DNA of 64,000 nt from Sedimentisphaerales bacterium. Lineage in GTDB: Bacteria; Planctomycetota; Phycisphaerae; Sedimentisphaerales; Anaerobacaceae. The DNA is taken from positions 6,400,001 through 6,464,000 of the forward strand of contig OY970194.1 in NCBI GenBank assembly GCA_963708075.1, read 5' to 3'. This document shows positions 40,662 through 52,168 of this stretch, piece by piece. Position 1 is the first letter of the stretch. Each line of letters opens with the position of its first letter. The translations under genes were made by a program, and so were the position numbers. The notes under the pieces were generated by a model. It saw only the letters and a list, made by a program, of their open reading frames with translations, was not told the origin of the DNA and ran no database searches.

Positions 40662-42407
40662 ATGGAGATAAAAAAAGGAATCGCGGTTTCGCCGGGCGTC
40701 TCAATCGGCAAGTGCCTCATCATTGACTCGGAGGACTACCGAATTCCCCGACGCCCCATCGAAGCCTCGCAGCGAATGGCGGAGATTCAGCGGGTTCGCG
40801 CCGCCTTTCGCGAGGCCGTCCGCGAGCTGACTGCTCTGGAACAGGCGCAGAAGCAGGACGAGACCGGCGGCGGGCGCATCAAGGACATCTTTGCGGTCCA
40901 TCTGCGTCTGCTGCGTGACCGGAGCCTGCGCCGCAGGATCACGGACATGGTCCAGGCGGACCTGGTGACGGCCGAGTACGCCGTTTCCGCCGTCCTTCGC
41001 GAAGTCGCCTCCCACTTCATCGCGGCCAAGGACACGTACATCAGCGAGCGGGCCGCCGATTTCTACGACGTGGAACGGCGTCTGCTCAAACAACTGCTCG
41101 GCCACACGCGAGAGGACGTCGGCCACCTGCGAGAAGAGGCGGTGGTGGTGGCGCGGGAGCTGAGTCCGACGCAGACGGCCAGCTTCAACAAGGAGTTCGT
41201 CAAGGGCATTGCCTCAGACGCGGGGGGGCGAACGAGTCACGCGGCCATTGTTGCGCGGTCGCTGGGCATCCCCGCCGTCGTGGCCCTCGAAGACCTCACT
41301 GAAATCGTCCACGGCGGCGATCTGGTCATCATCGACGGCAATCGCGGCATCGTGATCGTCAATCCGGATGAGGAGACGATCCGTCAGTACGAGGCGTATG
41401 GGCGCGAGTTCATCGCCCTCGAACACAAGCTCGATGCGATACGGGAGGAGCCGGCGGTCACTCGCGACAAAGTACGGGTGACTCTGCTGGGCAATATCGA
41501 GTTCCACGACGAGGCGCAGCAGGTCCTCGACAAGGGCGGCGAAGGGATCGGGCTGTACCGAACGGAATTTCTGTACCTCAACCGCCCGACGGAGCCGACG
41601 GAGCAGGAGCATTACGAGGCGTACGCGACCACGGTGCGCATCATGGGAAAGCGGCCGGTGGTGATTCGCACGGTGGACCTGGGGGCCGACAAGTACACGC
41701 AGCGGCGGCGCTACGTGCCCGAGCCCAACCCGTTCCTCGGCCTGCGCTCCATCCGTTACTGCCTCCAGAATCTCACGATGTTCAAGACGCAATTGCGCGC
41801 GATCCTCCGCGCCTCGGTGCTCGGCGAGGTCAAGGTCATGTTTCCGCTGATCACGAACATCCAGGAGCTGATGCAGGCGAAGATGATCCTGCATGATGTC
41901 ATGGAGGACCTGGACGAGGAAGGGATCAAATACAACCGCGACATGAAGGTGGGCATCATGGTCGAGACGCCGTCGGCGGCCCTGACCGCGTCCAGCCTGG
42001 CCCGCGAGTCGGATTTCTTCAGCATCGGGACGAACGACCTGACGCAGTACACGCTGGCGGTGGACCGGGGCAACGAGCTGGTCTCGACCCTGTACTCGGC
42101 GGCGGACCCCGCCGTGCTTCGCCTGATCCGAACGGTGATCCAGGACGCCTACAAGGCGCAGATCGACGTCTCTGTCTGCGGGGAGACCGCCTCCGAGCCG
42201 GAGTACGTCATGCTTCTGCTCGGCATGGGGATTCGCACGCTCTCGCTTTCGGTGCCGATGATTCCGGAGATCAAGCAGGTGATCCGCTCGGTCACCATCG
42301 AGGAGTGCAACGTCCTGGCCCGAACGGTGCTGGCGATGAACTCCGAGAGACAGATCTCGGCGTACCTGCGAAACGTGGCGCGCAAGATCCTGCCGGAGGT
42401 GTTCTGA
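40662..42407 (+). CDS. ptsI: PEP-protein phosphotransferase enzyme I
   Basis: TSHAAIVARS, GLYRTEF, EPNPFLGLR, SIGTNDL, VCGE. Confidence 0.95.
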   Translation: MEIKKGIAVSPGVSIGKCLIIDSEDYRIPRRPIEASQRMAEIQRVRAAFREAVRELTALEQAQKQDETGGGRIKDIFAVHLRLLRDRSLRRRITDMVQADLVTAEYAVSAVLREVASHFIAAKDTYISERAADFYDVERRLLKQLLGHTREDVGHLREEAVVVARELSPTQTASFNKEFVKGIASDAGGRTSHAAIVARSLGIPAVVALEDLTEIVHGGDLVIIDGNRGIVIVNPDEETIRQYEAYGREFIALEHKLDAIREEPAVTRDKVRVTLLGNIEFHDEAQQVLDKGGEGIGLYRTEFLYLNRPTEPTEQEHYEAYATTVRIMGKRPVVIRTVDLGADKYTQRRRYVPEPNPFLGLRSIRYCLQNLTMFKTQLRAILRASVLGEVKVMFPLITNIQELMQAKMILHDVMEDLDEEGIKYNRDMKVGIMVETPSAALTASSLARESDFFSIGTNDLTQYTLAVDRGNELVSTLYSAADPAVLRLIRTVIQDAYKAQIDVSVCGETASEPEYVMLLLGMGIRTLSLSVPMIPEIKQVIRSVTIEECNVLARTVLAMNSERQISAYLRNVARKILPEVF

Positions 42408-42410
42408 CGG

Positions 42411-43187
42411 ATGGAGGAGAAATTCGAAATCCGAAATTCAAAATTCGAAACGCCGGTGGCGGAGCACACATCGGTGGTACACAGCCTGGTGGTGCGATTC
42501 CGGATTGGAGGGGCCTTGAGGTTCCTCTCCCATGCCGAGACGTTGCGCGTGTTTCAGCGGGCTTGTGCCCGGGCGAACATCCCCGTCAAGTACTCGGCGG
42601 GATTCAATCCGCATCCGAAAGTATCCCTGCCTCTGCCCCGGTCGGTAGGTGTGGAATCGGATGACGAGCTGCTGGTGGTCCGGCTGTCGGACGAGCCGCA
42701 CGATACGGAGGCATACAGAGCCCGAATGCAGCAGGTTCTGCAGGAGGCCCTTCCGGCGGGGATCGACGTGCTCGGCGTGGAGCTTGTCGGGTCGGGTTCG
42801 TTCCAGCCCCGCTCAGTCGATTACCTGTTCTGCATCCATGCCGATCGTGCCGCGGGCCTGGCGGATCGGCTGCGGCAGCGGGCGGAAGTCATCCTGGCGA
42901 GCGCAAGCTGGATCGTGGAGCGCAAGCTCCCGGGAGATGCCAAGGTGCGCCGCATCGACGTCCGGCCGTTCCTGGAATCCATCCAGCCGGTCGAGCATGG
43001 TGTGAGGGTCAGGTGCAATGTAACGGCTGCCGGATCGATACGCATGGATGAGATCCTGCAGCTTCTGGAGTTGGAATCGGAGGATCTGGCGGCCCCGGTT
43101 CGAAGGACCGCCGTCGAGTGGAGAAGTAACAAGACGGGGTCAGGCCCCGATGTAGAGGATTCAGAAATATGCCAAGAGAAATGTTGA
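42411..43187 (+). CDS. TIGR03936-type radical-SAM-associated protein (DUF2344)
   Basis: RFLSH...RACARA.IPVKYSAGFNPHPK...VGVES; adjacent to Rne/Rng. Confidence 0.85.
   Translation: MEEKFEIRNSKFETPVAEHTSVVHSLVVRFRIGGALRFLSHAETLRVFQRACARANIPVKYSAGFNPHPKVSLPLPRSVGVESDDELLVVRLSDEPHDTEAYRARMQQVLQEALPAGIDVLGVELVGSGSFQPRSVDYLFCIHADRAAGLADRLRQRAEVILASASWIVERKLPGDAKVRRIDVRPFLESIQPVEHGVRVRCNVTAAGSIRMDEILQLLELESEDLAAPVRRTAVEWRSNKTGSGPDVEDSEICQEKC
42419..42453. repeat. Heptamer variant tandem repeat (GAAATTC-like x5)
   Basis: GAAATTC GAAATCC GAAATTC AAAATTC GAAACGC. Confidence 0.8.
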
Positions 43188-44701
43188 TCAATGTGGCGGA
43201 GAAGGAGGAATGCCGGGTGGCCGTCGTGGAGGGCACCACCCTGGAGGAACTGTACGTCGAGCGAGCCAGCGCCGGCACCCATGTGGGCAATATCTACAAG
43301 GGCAGAATTGTCAATATCGAGTCGGGAATCCAGGCCGCCTTCATCGATATCGGGACCGAGAAGAATGGGTTCCTGCACATCAGCGATCTGCATCCCCGGT
43401 ATTTCCCGGGCAACAAGAACCAGAATCAACTCGTGGAGAATATCGGCCGCCGGCAGGCGCTGAAGGACCGGCCGCCCATGCAGAATTGCCTGCGGCGGGG
43501 ACAGGAACTCGTGGTCCAGGTGACGAAGGAGGGGGTCAAGACCAAGGGCCCGACCCTGAGCACCTACCTGGCGCTGGCCGGCAAGCATCTGGTCATGATG
43601 CCGTGGATGCGGGGCTACGGGATCTCGCACAAGATCGAGGACGAGGAGGAGCGCAAGCGCCTTGCCCAGGTGTTCGATGAGAACAAGCCCCCCAAGGGCC
43701 ACGGGTTCATCATCCGCACCGCCGGCGAGGGCGCCTCGAAGCGCGATATCCAGAATGACCTGCGCTACCTCAATCGCCTGTGGAGCGCCATCGAGAAACG
43801 GATGGAGACGGAGAAGGCGCCGGGCGACATCTACCAGGAGTCCGACCTGGTCATCCGCGCCTTGCGGGACACATTCGCCGGCGACATTGAAAGGATTATC
43901 TGCGATTCGGATCTCACCGTCCGCAAGATCCGGGACTTCCTGTCGATTGCCACGCCCCGGCTCAAGCCGAAAGTGGTGTACTATGACGGCAAGATCCCGC
44001 TGTTCCACAAGTACCAGATCGAGGATGAGATTACCAAGGTCCAGTCCCGCACGGTGGAGCTCAAGAGCGGCGGCTCGATCGTCATCGAGCAGACCGAGGC
44101 TATGGTCTCCATTGACGTCAACAGCGGGCGATACCGCAAGCAAAAGAACGCCGAGCAGACGGCTTATGAAAGCAACATGGAGGCGGCGACCGAGATCGCC
44201 CGTCAACTGAGGCTGCGCGACCTCGGCGGCCTGATCGTCTGTGACTTCATCGACATGCGAAGCCAGAAGCATCGCAAGGAGGTGGAAACGGCCTTCCGCG
44301 ATATGGTCAAGGGGGACCGCGCCCGCACGAAAATCCTGCGGATCAGCCGCTTCGGCGTCGTCGAGATGACCCGCCAGCGGATGCGCCCATCGCTGCAATT
44401 GAGCACGTACCTGGCCTGCCCCCAGTGCGCCGGCACCGGGTTCATCAAGAGCCACGAGTCGCTGGCCCTGGAGATCATCCGCCTGCTGAACCTGGCGGTG
44501 TCCAGGGACCACATCCGTCGCATCGAGCTGTCGGTCTCGCCCGAGGTGGCCGACTACCTCCAGAACGAGAAGAGGACGGCGATCGCCCAGATCGAGCAGA
44601 CGGCGGAAAAACGCGTGATCATTCATGCCTCCACGGACTACTCCGGCGAGGAACGCCAGCTCATCTGCTTCAACGACCGCGGCGGCGAGGTGAAACTGTA
44701 A
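43169..44701 (+). CDS. Ribonuclease E/G family
   Basis: GNIYKG, AAFIDIG, IDVNSG, RLRDLGGLIVCDFIDM, CPQCAG. Confidence 0.95.
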   Translation: MPREMLINVAEKEECRVAVVEGTTLEELYVERASAGTHVGNIYKGRIVNIESGIQAAFIDIGTEKNGFLHISDLHPRYFPGNKNQNQLVENIGRRQALKDRPPMQNCLRRGQELVVQVTKEGVKTKGPTLSTYLALAGKHLVMMPWMRGYGISHKIEDEEERKRLAQVFDENKPPKGHGFIIRTAGEGASKRDIQNDLRYLNRLWSAIEKRMETEKAPGDIYQESDLVIRALRDTFAGDIERIICDSDLTVRKIRDFLSIATPRLKPKVVYYDGKIPLFHKYQIEDEITKVQSRTVELKSGGSIVIEQTEAMVSIDVNSGRYRKQKNAEQTAYESNMEAATEIARQLRLRDLGGLIVCDFIDMRSQKHRKEVETAFRDMVKGDRARTKILRISRFGVVEMTRQRMRPSLQLSTYLACPQCAGTGFIKSHESLALEIIRLLNLAVSRDHIRRIELSVSPEVADYLQNEKRTAIAQIEQTAEKRVIIHASTDYSGEERQLICFNDRGGEVKL

Positions 44702-44826
44702 GCCGGATTCGGCAAAATTCTCATGCGGCACTCGCTTGTGCGCCCGTACAGATGGCAGGGAGGGGCTATTGTGTGCGGAAGAATGATCCGGCGGTGTGCC
44801 TGGTGTGGAAATGGAGTTCATGAGCC

Positions 44827-45804
44827 GTGGAATTTGATCTCGACTATGCCCGCAGTGTGATTCGCGCGGAGGCCAGCGCGATTGCCTCGATGACGCCGAT
44901 TATCAATGGCGCTTTCGTCAAGGCGGCCCAGATGCTCTATGAGTGCACGGGCTCGTGCATCATCAGCGGCATCGGCAAGGCGGGCATCATCGGCCGCAAG
45001 ATCAGCGCGACCCTGGCCTCCACCGGTACGCCAAGCCATTTCCTGCACCCCGCGGAAGCCGTGCATGGCGATCTCGGTCGCCTGCGCAAAGACGATATCG
45101 TCATGGTTCTCAGCTACGGCGGCGAGACGGACGAGATCACTCGGCTCATCAACCTGGTCAAGCAGCTCCAGATCCGCCTCATCTCGATCACCAGCGATAT
45201 GGATTCGACACTGAGCCGGCACAGCGACGTCGTGCTGTGCATGGGCAAGGTGAACGAGGCCTGTCCGCTGGGCGTGGCGCCGAGCGTCTCGACGGCCTGC
45301 ATGCTCACGATTGGCGACGCGCTGGCGTTCACGGTGATGAAGGCCCGCCGCTTCAGCGTGGAGGACTATGTCCGGTTCCATCCCGGCGGCTCGCTGGGGG
45401 CCAAGCTGATGACGGTCGAGCAATCGATGATGTTCCGGCCGGGCGAGAAGCTGCCGGTGGTAAACGCCGGCATCACGGTGCGCCGGATGCTGGAGGAGAC
45501 CAGCGATCTGAAACGCCACGGGGCGGTGATGGTCGTGGACGAGCAGAGCAGGCTGGCCGGCATTATCACCGATGCCGACTTGAGGCGACTCCTGACCCGG
45601 CAGGGACCGGAAGCATTTGATCTAGCCGTTGGCACTATCATGACGGCCAACTGCAAGAGGATTCGCGCCGACGCCCTCGCCTCCGAGGCGACTGCCATCT
45701 TCCACAAGTACCGTATCGATGAGCTGCCCGTGGTCGACGCCGAGGACCGGCCCGTCGGCCTGATCGACGTGCAGGACATCGTGATGATCAAGGTCGTCGG
45801 ATGA
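44827..45804 (+). CDS. kdsD: Arabinose-5-phosphate isomerase (KpsF/GutQ)
   Basis: GIGKAG, STGTP, EAVHGDLG, HPGGSLG, CBS pair. Confidence 0.93.
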   Translation: MEFDLDYARSVIRAEASAIASMTPIINGAFVKAAQMLYECTGSCIISGIGKAGIIGRKISATLASTGTPSHFLHPAEAVHGDLGRLRKDDIVMVLSYGGETDEITRLINLVKQLQIRLISITSDMDSTLSRHSDVVLCMGKVNEACPLGVAPSVSTACMLTIGDALAFTVMKARRFSVEDYVRFHPGGSLGAKLMTVEQSMMFRPGEKLPVVNAGITVRRMLEETSDLKRHGAVMVVDEQSRLAGIITDADLRRLLTRQGPEAFDLAVGTIMTANCKRIRADALASEATAIFHKYRIDELPVVDAEDRPVGLIDVQDIVMIKVVG

Positions 45805-46325
45805 GACAGCGGCCGATAGATTTCAAGGCGATTCAACTGCTCGTGCTGGACGTCGACGGCGTTCTGACCGACGGCGGGCTGATCATCCACGCCGACGGCA
45901 GCGAGAGCAAACGCTTCCATACCCTCGACGGGCACGGGATTCGTCTGTGGCAGCGGGTGGGCGGCAAGGTCGCCTGGATCAGCGGGCGGATGTCGGAGCC
46001 CGTGAACCGCCGGGCGGAGGAGTTGGAAATCTCATACGTGCTTCAGGACTGTCACTTCAAGCTGCCGGCCCTGGAGCAGCTTCTCCGCGAGGCGGGCCTC
46101 AAGGCGGAGAACGTCGCATACGTGGGCGACGATCTGATGGACCTGCCGCCGATCCTGCATGTCGGCTTTGGCGTAGCCGTGGCGAATGCCGTCGATGAGC
46201 TCAAGGCCCATGCCGATTACGTGACCACCCGAGGCGGCGGCTATGGGGCGGTGCGGGAAGTGATCGAGTATATCCTGAAGAATTCCGGCCGGTGGGACAA
46301 CCTCATGGACCGGTACCTGACATAG
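45801..46325 (+). CDS. kdsC: KDO-8-phosphate phosphatase
   Basis: DVDGVLTDG, GDDLMD, GGYGAVRE. Confidence 0.93.
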   Translation: MRQRPIDFKAIQLLVLDVDGVLTDGGLIIHADGSESKRFHTLDGHGIRLWQRVGGKVAWISGRMSEPVNRRAEELEISYVLQDCHFKLPALEQLLREAGLKAENVAYVGDDLMDLPPILHVGFGVAVANAVDELKAHADYVTTRGGGYGAVREVIEYILKNSGRWDNLMDRYLT

Positions 46326-46341
46326 GCGCCGGCCCGGGAGT

Positions 46342-48616
46342 GTGAGCGTGCGCAGGTTCGTGATAGGACTGACTGTGCTTGGGGTCCTGGTGGCCCTGTA
46401 CCTGGGCTACGCGCGGATCGGCGGGACGCCGGCGCCCGGTTCTCAGCATACCCGAGCTGCTGCCGCCGCCGGTGGTGAAGACAACCGGGGAGCCAAACGT
46501 CCAGGGCGGCAGGATCGGTCCGATGAATACGGAAGTCATCGACATCAAGCAGACGCGGTTCTTCCACAGGGATGAAAGCGGCCGCGTCGATCGCGAGTTC
46601 GGCTTCGAGGTCTTTCTGCACAAGCAGGCCGACCGCTGGCGATTCACCCACCCGTACATGAAGCTGTTCCTGCCCAAGCTCCAGTGCCACGTCATCGCCG
46701 ACACCGGCGAGGTCCAGGTCCAAACCGCCTTCAAACAACTGGTTCCGAACGACGCCTTCTTCCAGGGCAACGTGGTCATTCACATCGTCCCTCCAAAGCG
46801 CAATGATCCGAGGGAGTGTCTCATCTACCTCGACGACGTGACATTCGTCGCGGAGAAGTCGCTGTTCTCCAGCACCGGCCCCGTGCGATTCGTCTCTCAC
46901 AGCGCCGTGCTCGAAGGCGTCGGTATGGAGCTGATCTACGACAGCCTGCAAGGCCGGCTGGAGCTGTTTCGCGTGGTCAAGCTGACGAGCCTGCGCATTC
47001 GCAGCGCCGACATCGCCCTGTTCTCCGGCGATAAGGAAACCGCCAGACGTGAACGCCGCAGAACAGGCGAGCCGGCCGCCGGTGTTGTGCAGGAACGCGC
47101 CGGTGGCGCATCCGGCTCTGTGCCTGCGGGCGCCGGGCGCGTCTTTTATGAGTGCGTTCTCCGCGGCAACGCGACAATCGATACGCCGCAGCTCCTCGTG
47201 ATCGCACGGGACCTCTTGTCGATCACCGATATCCCCTGGCCCCGACCTGCGGAAGACGAACCGACGGCGGACCGCGGACAAGTGGGGCCCTCTGAGCCGA
47301 ATACGTCGGAACCTGCACCGGAGCCGCTGGACACGAAGCCGCCGGGGCAGATCGCCTTCGATGCAATGCCGGCCGAGTCGTTCGACATCGTCGTGACTTG
47401 CTCGGGCGGCCTCGTGGTTGCCCCCATGGGCACCTGGAGCCGGCACGTGGACCCGAATGACCTTGCCCCATCGCCGGGCGGCGTCCCGCCGGCGCTCGAT
47501 GCTCAGTCGGATCGCCGGCAGGCCATCGCCCAGCGCATCGAGTACGACGCGACGACGGGCGATGGGGTACTCACCGGCCCGGTGCAGATGGCCGTGCCTC
47601 TCGATCCAAACAGTCTGGCCGGACCTGCGCAGGCGGACGCCGGTCGGGCCCCGGCTATACGCGGCGAACCTATCCCGATGACCATCACCGCTCGGGATGT
47701 AGTCCGCTACCTGTCTGCGTTGAATCGCGTGGTGCTCGAGGGCGACTGCGTGGCCTCCGCCCTGAAGACGGACCCGAATGTCACGCACGCGTTTGCACTA
47801 TCGGCCCCGACATTCGCCCTGGATCTTGCGGAGGATGCCAACGCGCCGGCGTCCGAGAAAGCCATCGGCACGGCGGTCGCCCTGAAGCGGTTCTGGACGG
47901 ACGGCGGCCCGGCCTCGATCGTCGTGAAAAGAAGGGCGGGTCGGCTTCATCCCGCTGGAGAGGGGCAGCTTCTCGGCTCGACGCAAGTGCTGGCCTCGCA
48001 GTTGGAGTATGAGGCGGCCGGCAAGCTGTTCACCGCCCGGGGCCCGGACGGCGAGCTGCGGCTCAACAACGCTCAAGCCTCCTCGCTCGACCCGAACGTG
48101 GGCGAGTTGCGTGCGAGTCGTGCATCTTTTCGCGATGTCCGCGACGAATCGCGGCAGATCGATCCCAACGCCTTCGGTTTCAATCAGCCGTGCTACGCCT
48201 TCCTCCGGGGCTTCGACCTGCTGACCTTCGCTTCCGACACGAATCGGATCGTCGTGGCCGCCGAGTCGCAGCCCATCCTGATCGACTACATCCCCGTGAT
48301 CGGGGGCAAGTACGGCCAGCACGTCAAGGGCGAGGCCGGACACCTCGACCTGACCCTTCGCCAGGCCGCCCCCGGCCGCATGGAGCTCGCCTCCCTCATC
48401 GCCTCGAAGGGCATCACCTACGAGGACCAGGACAAGCAATTCGCCGGCGGCACGCTCACCTACGACCGCGAACGATCTCTGGTGAAGGTCGTTGGTGACG
48501 ACATACAGCCATGCTCCCTGAACGGCGCGCCGGTTGATGGGATCGAAATGGACGTCACCACAGGCACCCTGAAGACCCGACTCGAAGGCCCCGGCGTCTT
48601 TCAGGGGAAACGCTGA
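46342..48616 (+). CDS. LptC/LptA-like beta-jellyroll LPS export protein (putative), apparent +1 frameshift at 46438-46444
   Basis: N-terminal TM anchor in frame 46342, long beta-rich body in frame 46379; position after kdsD-kdsC. Confidence 0.6.
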
Positions 48617-48626
48617 TCGGCCCCGG

Positions 48627-51176
48627 TCATTGCCCTGGCAAGGAGCTGTCGACGGAGAGTTGCCAGAAGAGGCGCGGGTAGTCGTGGCCTTCGAGAATCC
48701 ACCAGAGATCGTCGGTGCCGTTGCCGGCTTCGTCGAAGAAGTCCCAGCCGACGTGCAGGAACGTCTCGGCGGTGCGCATCTGGGCGGTGGTTTTCCCGAA
48801 TGTGTCGTCGCAGCCCCAGGCGTTCACTCCCTGGTCTGAGCACATGTTTGCCCGGCCGCTGGTTTCGGTGTCCCAGAACGAGGCCGTGATGCCGCCGTTG
48901 TTGTCGCCCACGAGGCCGCCGACATTGAGGTTGCCGGTGGGGAGACCCGTTGCATAGCAGCGGTTGATGGCGCCGGTGTTTTGCCCGGCCAGGCCGCCGA
49001 CAAACTCAAGACCGGCCGCGTCGCCGTTGGAATAGCAGTTTGCGATGTCGCCGAACCAGTTGCTGCCGACGAGGCCGCCGACGAACGTCCGGCCGCGTAC
49101 CGCGGCAGTGCTGTAGCTGGCGCTCAGGCTGATTCCCTCGTTGAGCCCGACGAGTCCTCCGGCGTAGTCGTTTCCAGTCACGCGGCCGGTGCTGCGGCTG
49201 TTGCTCACGCCGCCCATATTGTCCCCGACCAGTCCGCCGACGAGGGAGTAGCCGTTGACGGTGACGCGGCTTGTGCTGTCGGCCACGGAGCCGTAGTAGC
49301 TGCTGCCCACCAACCCGCCGACGCACTCGTATCCTTCGACCTCGCCCTCGCTGTGGCAGTTGGCGGCATGACTTTCCTGGCTGTGCCCGGCGAGGCTGCC
49401 GATCCTGCCGCCGGCGCCCCAGACGCGGGCGTCGAGTACGGCCAGGTCACGGACCTCGGCCCGGTCGCTGAGCCTGCCGAACAGACCGAGATAGCTGATC
49501 CCCGAGATCGTCAGATCAGTGACCGTGAAGCCGTTGCCGTTGAAACTTCCCCGGAACTGGGGGATCACGGCGATTGACCACGTGATGCCGGAGAGGTCCA
49601 GGTCCGCGATCAGTTTGCAGCAGGCTGTCTGGCTTTGGTAGGCCAGCGACGCCAGTTCCGCTGCCGTCGAGATCTGGTAGGGGTCGCTGGGCGTGCCTTC
49701 CCCCGCAGGCGTTGCCGGCTCCCAGCCGTTCAGGATGCCCAGGACGGGATAGCCGCCTCCGGCCGGCATCTGCCAGGTCTGGTGCAGCCCGTTCGCCGTT
49801 TCGCCGACGAAGTCCCAGCCCGCCTGGAGGAAGGTCTGGCGGTCCTGCATTTTGGCGGTGGACAGGTCGGTCCCGCCGTCGCTGGCGGACTGGAGGGAGG
49901 TCGCTTTGTCCCAGAAGCAGTTGCTCACGTTGCCCAGCCAATCGTTGTAGCCGATGAGCCCGCCGACCGCCTTCCACCGGCCGGTGACGGCGCCGGTGCT
50001 GTAGCTGTTGACTACGGTGCCGCTGTTCTCGCCCACAAGCCCGCCGACCCGCACATCGGCGGTGACGGCGCCGGTGCTGTAGCAGCATAAAATGCTGCTG
50101 TAGACGTCGCGGTGCCCGGCGGTGCCGCTGACGCTGTCTTGGCCGTTGTTGTGCCCGATGAGGCCTCCGACGTTCTCCTGCCCGCGGACCGACCCGGTGC
50201 CGGAGCACGCGAAGATGCCGCCGCTGTTGTCGCCGACGAGTCCGCCGACGTTCACCTTCCCCGTGACCGGCCCGGCATTGAAGCCGGCGGTCACGCTGCC
50301 GCCATTGTGTCCGACGAGTCCGCCGACATTCGACCCGCCATCCACGGCGCCGGCACTGTGGCTGTTCCGCACCTCGCCGTAGTTCTCTGCGACGAGTCCG
50401 CCGACATCATTCACCCCGTGGACGGCGCCGGTGCTGAAGCTGCGGTACACCTCGCCGGTGTTATACGCTACCAGGCCTCCCGTATTCTCTATGCCATCCA
50501 CCGCCGCCGTGCTTGAGCAGTCGCTCATGCGGCCGCCATTGTGGCCCGCGAGCCCGCCGAGATGCATATCCCCGCTGACCCGGGCGGCACTCTGACTTTC
50601 ATCCACGATGCCCCTGTTGTCGCCCAGCAACCCTCCGACGAAGTAGCTGCCGTGAATGGCCCCGGAGCAGGAGCATTTGACCACACGACCACCGTTGTTG
50701 TGGCCGACGAGCCCGCCGATATGCGCTCCGGAGCCGGTCACATTGGCATCCGACACGACAAGATTCCTGACCTCGGCCCCGGAGGCGAGTTGACCGAAGA
50801 GGCCGAGATAGCTTTCCCCGGAGATGGTGAGGTGACGAATTGCACGGCCGTTGCCGTCGAGCGTGCCCGTGAAGGCCGAGCCCTGAAACTCGTCCTCTTC
50901 GGCGGAATTGTCCGGCGCGATCATGGCCCGGGCGAACACACGCCGGCCGGCAAGGCCCGGGTCCATATCGATGTCATTCACCAGTATGAAGTGCTTGTCC
51001 CAGTCCGCGGGCGTGTCGGACAGGTGGATGAGGTCCTGGGCTGTCGCGATGCGGTAGGGGGCCTTGGCAGTGCCCTCGCCGCCGCTGTATCCGGCACGGG
51101 CCGGCAGGCTCATCAAACAGATCGCCAGAAGCAGCGGAACGATCCGCAAGACTCGAAGATCACTTGCCGTCCCCAT
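48627..51176 (-). CDS. GLUG-motif repeat secreted protein
   Basis: Many VGGLVG.N.G repeats; YSGGEGT..PYRI, SFWD..TSG, GWDF. Confidence 0.93.
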   Translation of the reverse strand: MGTASDLRVLRIVPLLLAICLMSLPARAGYSGGEGTAKAPYRIATAQDLIHLSDTPADWDKHFILVNDIDMDPGLAGRRVFARAMIAPDNSAEEDEFQGSAFTGTLDGNGRAIRHLTISGESYLGLFGQLASGAEVRNLVVSDANVTGSGAHIGGLVGHNNGGRVVKCSCSGAIHGSYFVGGLLGDNRGIVDESQSAARVSGDMHLGGLAGHNGGRMSDCSSTAAVDGIENTGGLVAYNTGEVYRSFSTGAVHGVNDVGGLVAENYGEVRNSHSAGAVDGGSNVGGLVGHNGGSVTAGFNAGPVTGKVNVGGLVGDNSGGIFACSGTGSVRGQENVGGLIGHNNGQDSVSGTAGHRDVYSSILCCYSTGAVTADVRVGGLVGENSGTVVNSYSTGAVTGRWKAVGGLIGYNDWLGNVSNCFWDKATSLQSASDGGTDLSTAKMQDRQTFLQAGWDFVGETANGLHQTWQMPAGGGYPVLGILNGWEPATPAGEGTPSDPYQISTAAELASLAYQSQTACCKLIADLDLSGITWSIAVIPQFRGSFNGNGFTVTDLTISGISYLGLFGRLSDRAEVRDLAVLDARVWGAGGRIGSLAGHSQESHAANCHSEGEVEGYECVGGLVGSSYYGSVADSTSRVTVNGYSLVGGLVGDNMGGVSNSRSTGRVTGNDYAGGLVGLNEGISLSASYSTAAVRGRTFVGGLVGSNWFGDIANCYSNGDAAGLEFVGGLAGQNTGAINRCYATGLPTGNLNVGGLVGDNNGGITASFWDTETSGRANMCSDQGVNAWGCDDTFGKTTAQMRTAETFLHVGWDFFDEAGNGTDDLWWILEGHDYPRLFWQLSVDSSLPGQ

Positions 51177-51383
51177 GTCTCAATTCCTCCCCGCCTCGGG
51201 CAGCGGCGTCGTCCCGCGGCGGCAACCGCACAGATCCGGCACGATGCTCGATCAACTGCCACTACCCAGTGTACCCGGTCCGGGCACGGCGGTCCTGTCA
51301 TCGGTTCTGATGAGCGGCGGGCGGAAAAACCTGATGCAGTGTCTGTGAAGACAATCTGGTAGTCGGGTGGCAGCGGCGAGCCG

Positions 51384-51440
51384 GCGCTTGACGCTGCCAC
51401 CCACAACCTCATGCTTGCTTTGCCACAATCCTGTCGTGCA
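51384..51440 (+). repeat. Dispersed 57-bp element, copy 2
   Basis: 51/57 identical to the reverse complement of 891-947. Confidence 0.85.
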
Positions 51441-51586
51441 TCCGACGCAGGCCGATAGGGTATGGCATTGTACGGCCACAAGGAGTATGATAGGCGACGT
51501 CGCGGACGGCGAGGGTATCGTTGCCGCGGCACTGAGGCATATCGGGAAATCGCAGAACCGCTGGCTGGATGGCTGGAGATTGGACC

Positions 51587-52123
51587 GTGAAGCGCATTCT
51601 TTCTCTGCTCATGCTGTTGCTCACTGTGTCGTGCAGTTCCTCGAACAAGGGCTCCGCAACTTCTGTTGCGGAGGATGAGAAATACAACCAGGCATTGGAA
51701 TACTACACGCTGACGCACGCGCCGGGGATGGACCCGAATCGTCCGGCGGATGGGCCGCGTGGAAGGCCGACCTCCGAAGCAAACGTTCAGAGGGCGACAA
51801 GGCTTCTGACCCTGCGGGATGCGATCCGCGCATGGCGGCACGAGAAGCCGGATCGCCGCGTCGCTGTCAAGGATCACAAGGAGGTCGAGCGGCTCGTCGA
51901 GCGAGTCTTTGACGACCCCGTGTCACGATCACGAATGGTCGTGAAGACCTATGATCTGAAGCTATGCGAGGGGATCACCTACCAGTTCTACAACAAGAAC
52001 CGGGGTTTCGTTTGTGTCATGTTTTATGACCGGGGCCCCAGGATGCGGGCGGGCCTGGACCTCTACCTGTTCAAGCACGATGGGAAATGGGAGATTGTCT
52101 ACAGAGTCGACTGGATCTCCTGA
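51587..52123 (+). CDS. Hypothetical lipoprotein
   Basis: GTG start after GGAG; KR + hydrophobic core + TVSC. Confidence 0.7.
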   Translation: MKRILSLLMLLLTVSCSSSNKGSATSVAEDEKYNQALEYYTLTHAPGMDPNRPADGPRGRPTSEANVQRATRLLTLRDAIRAWRHEKPDRRVAVKDHKEVERLVERVFDDPVSRSRMVVKTYDLKLCEGITYQFYNKNRGFVCVMFYDRGPRMRAGLDLYLFKHDGKWEIVYRVDWIS

Positions 52124-52168
52124 GAGCCTCTAACGGAATGAAAGTATGGCCGAAGGCCATTCCTTATA

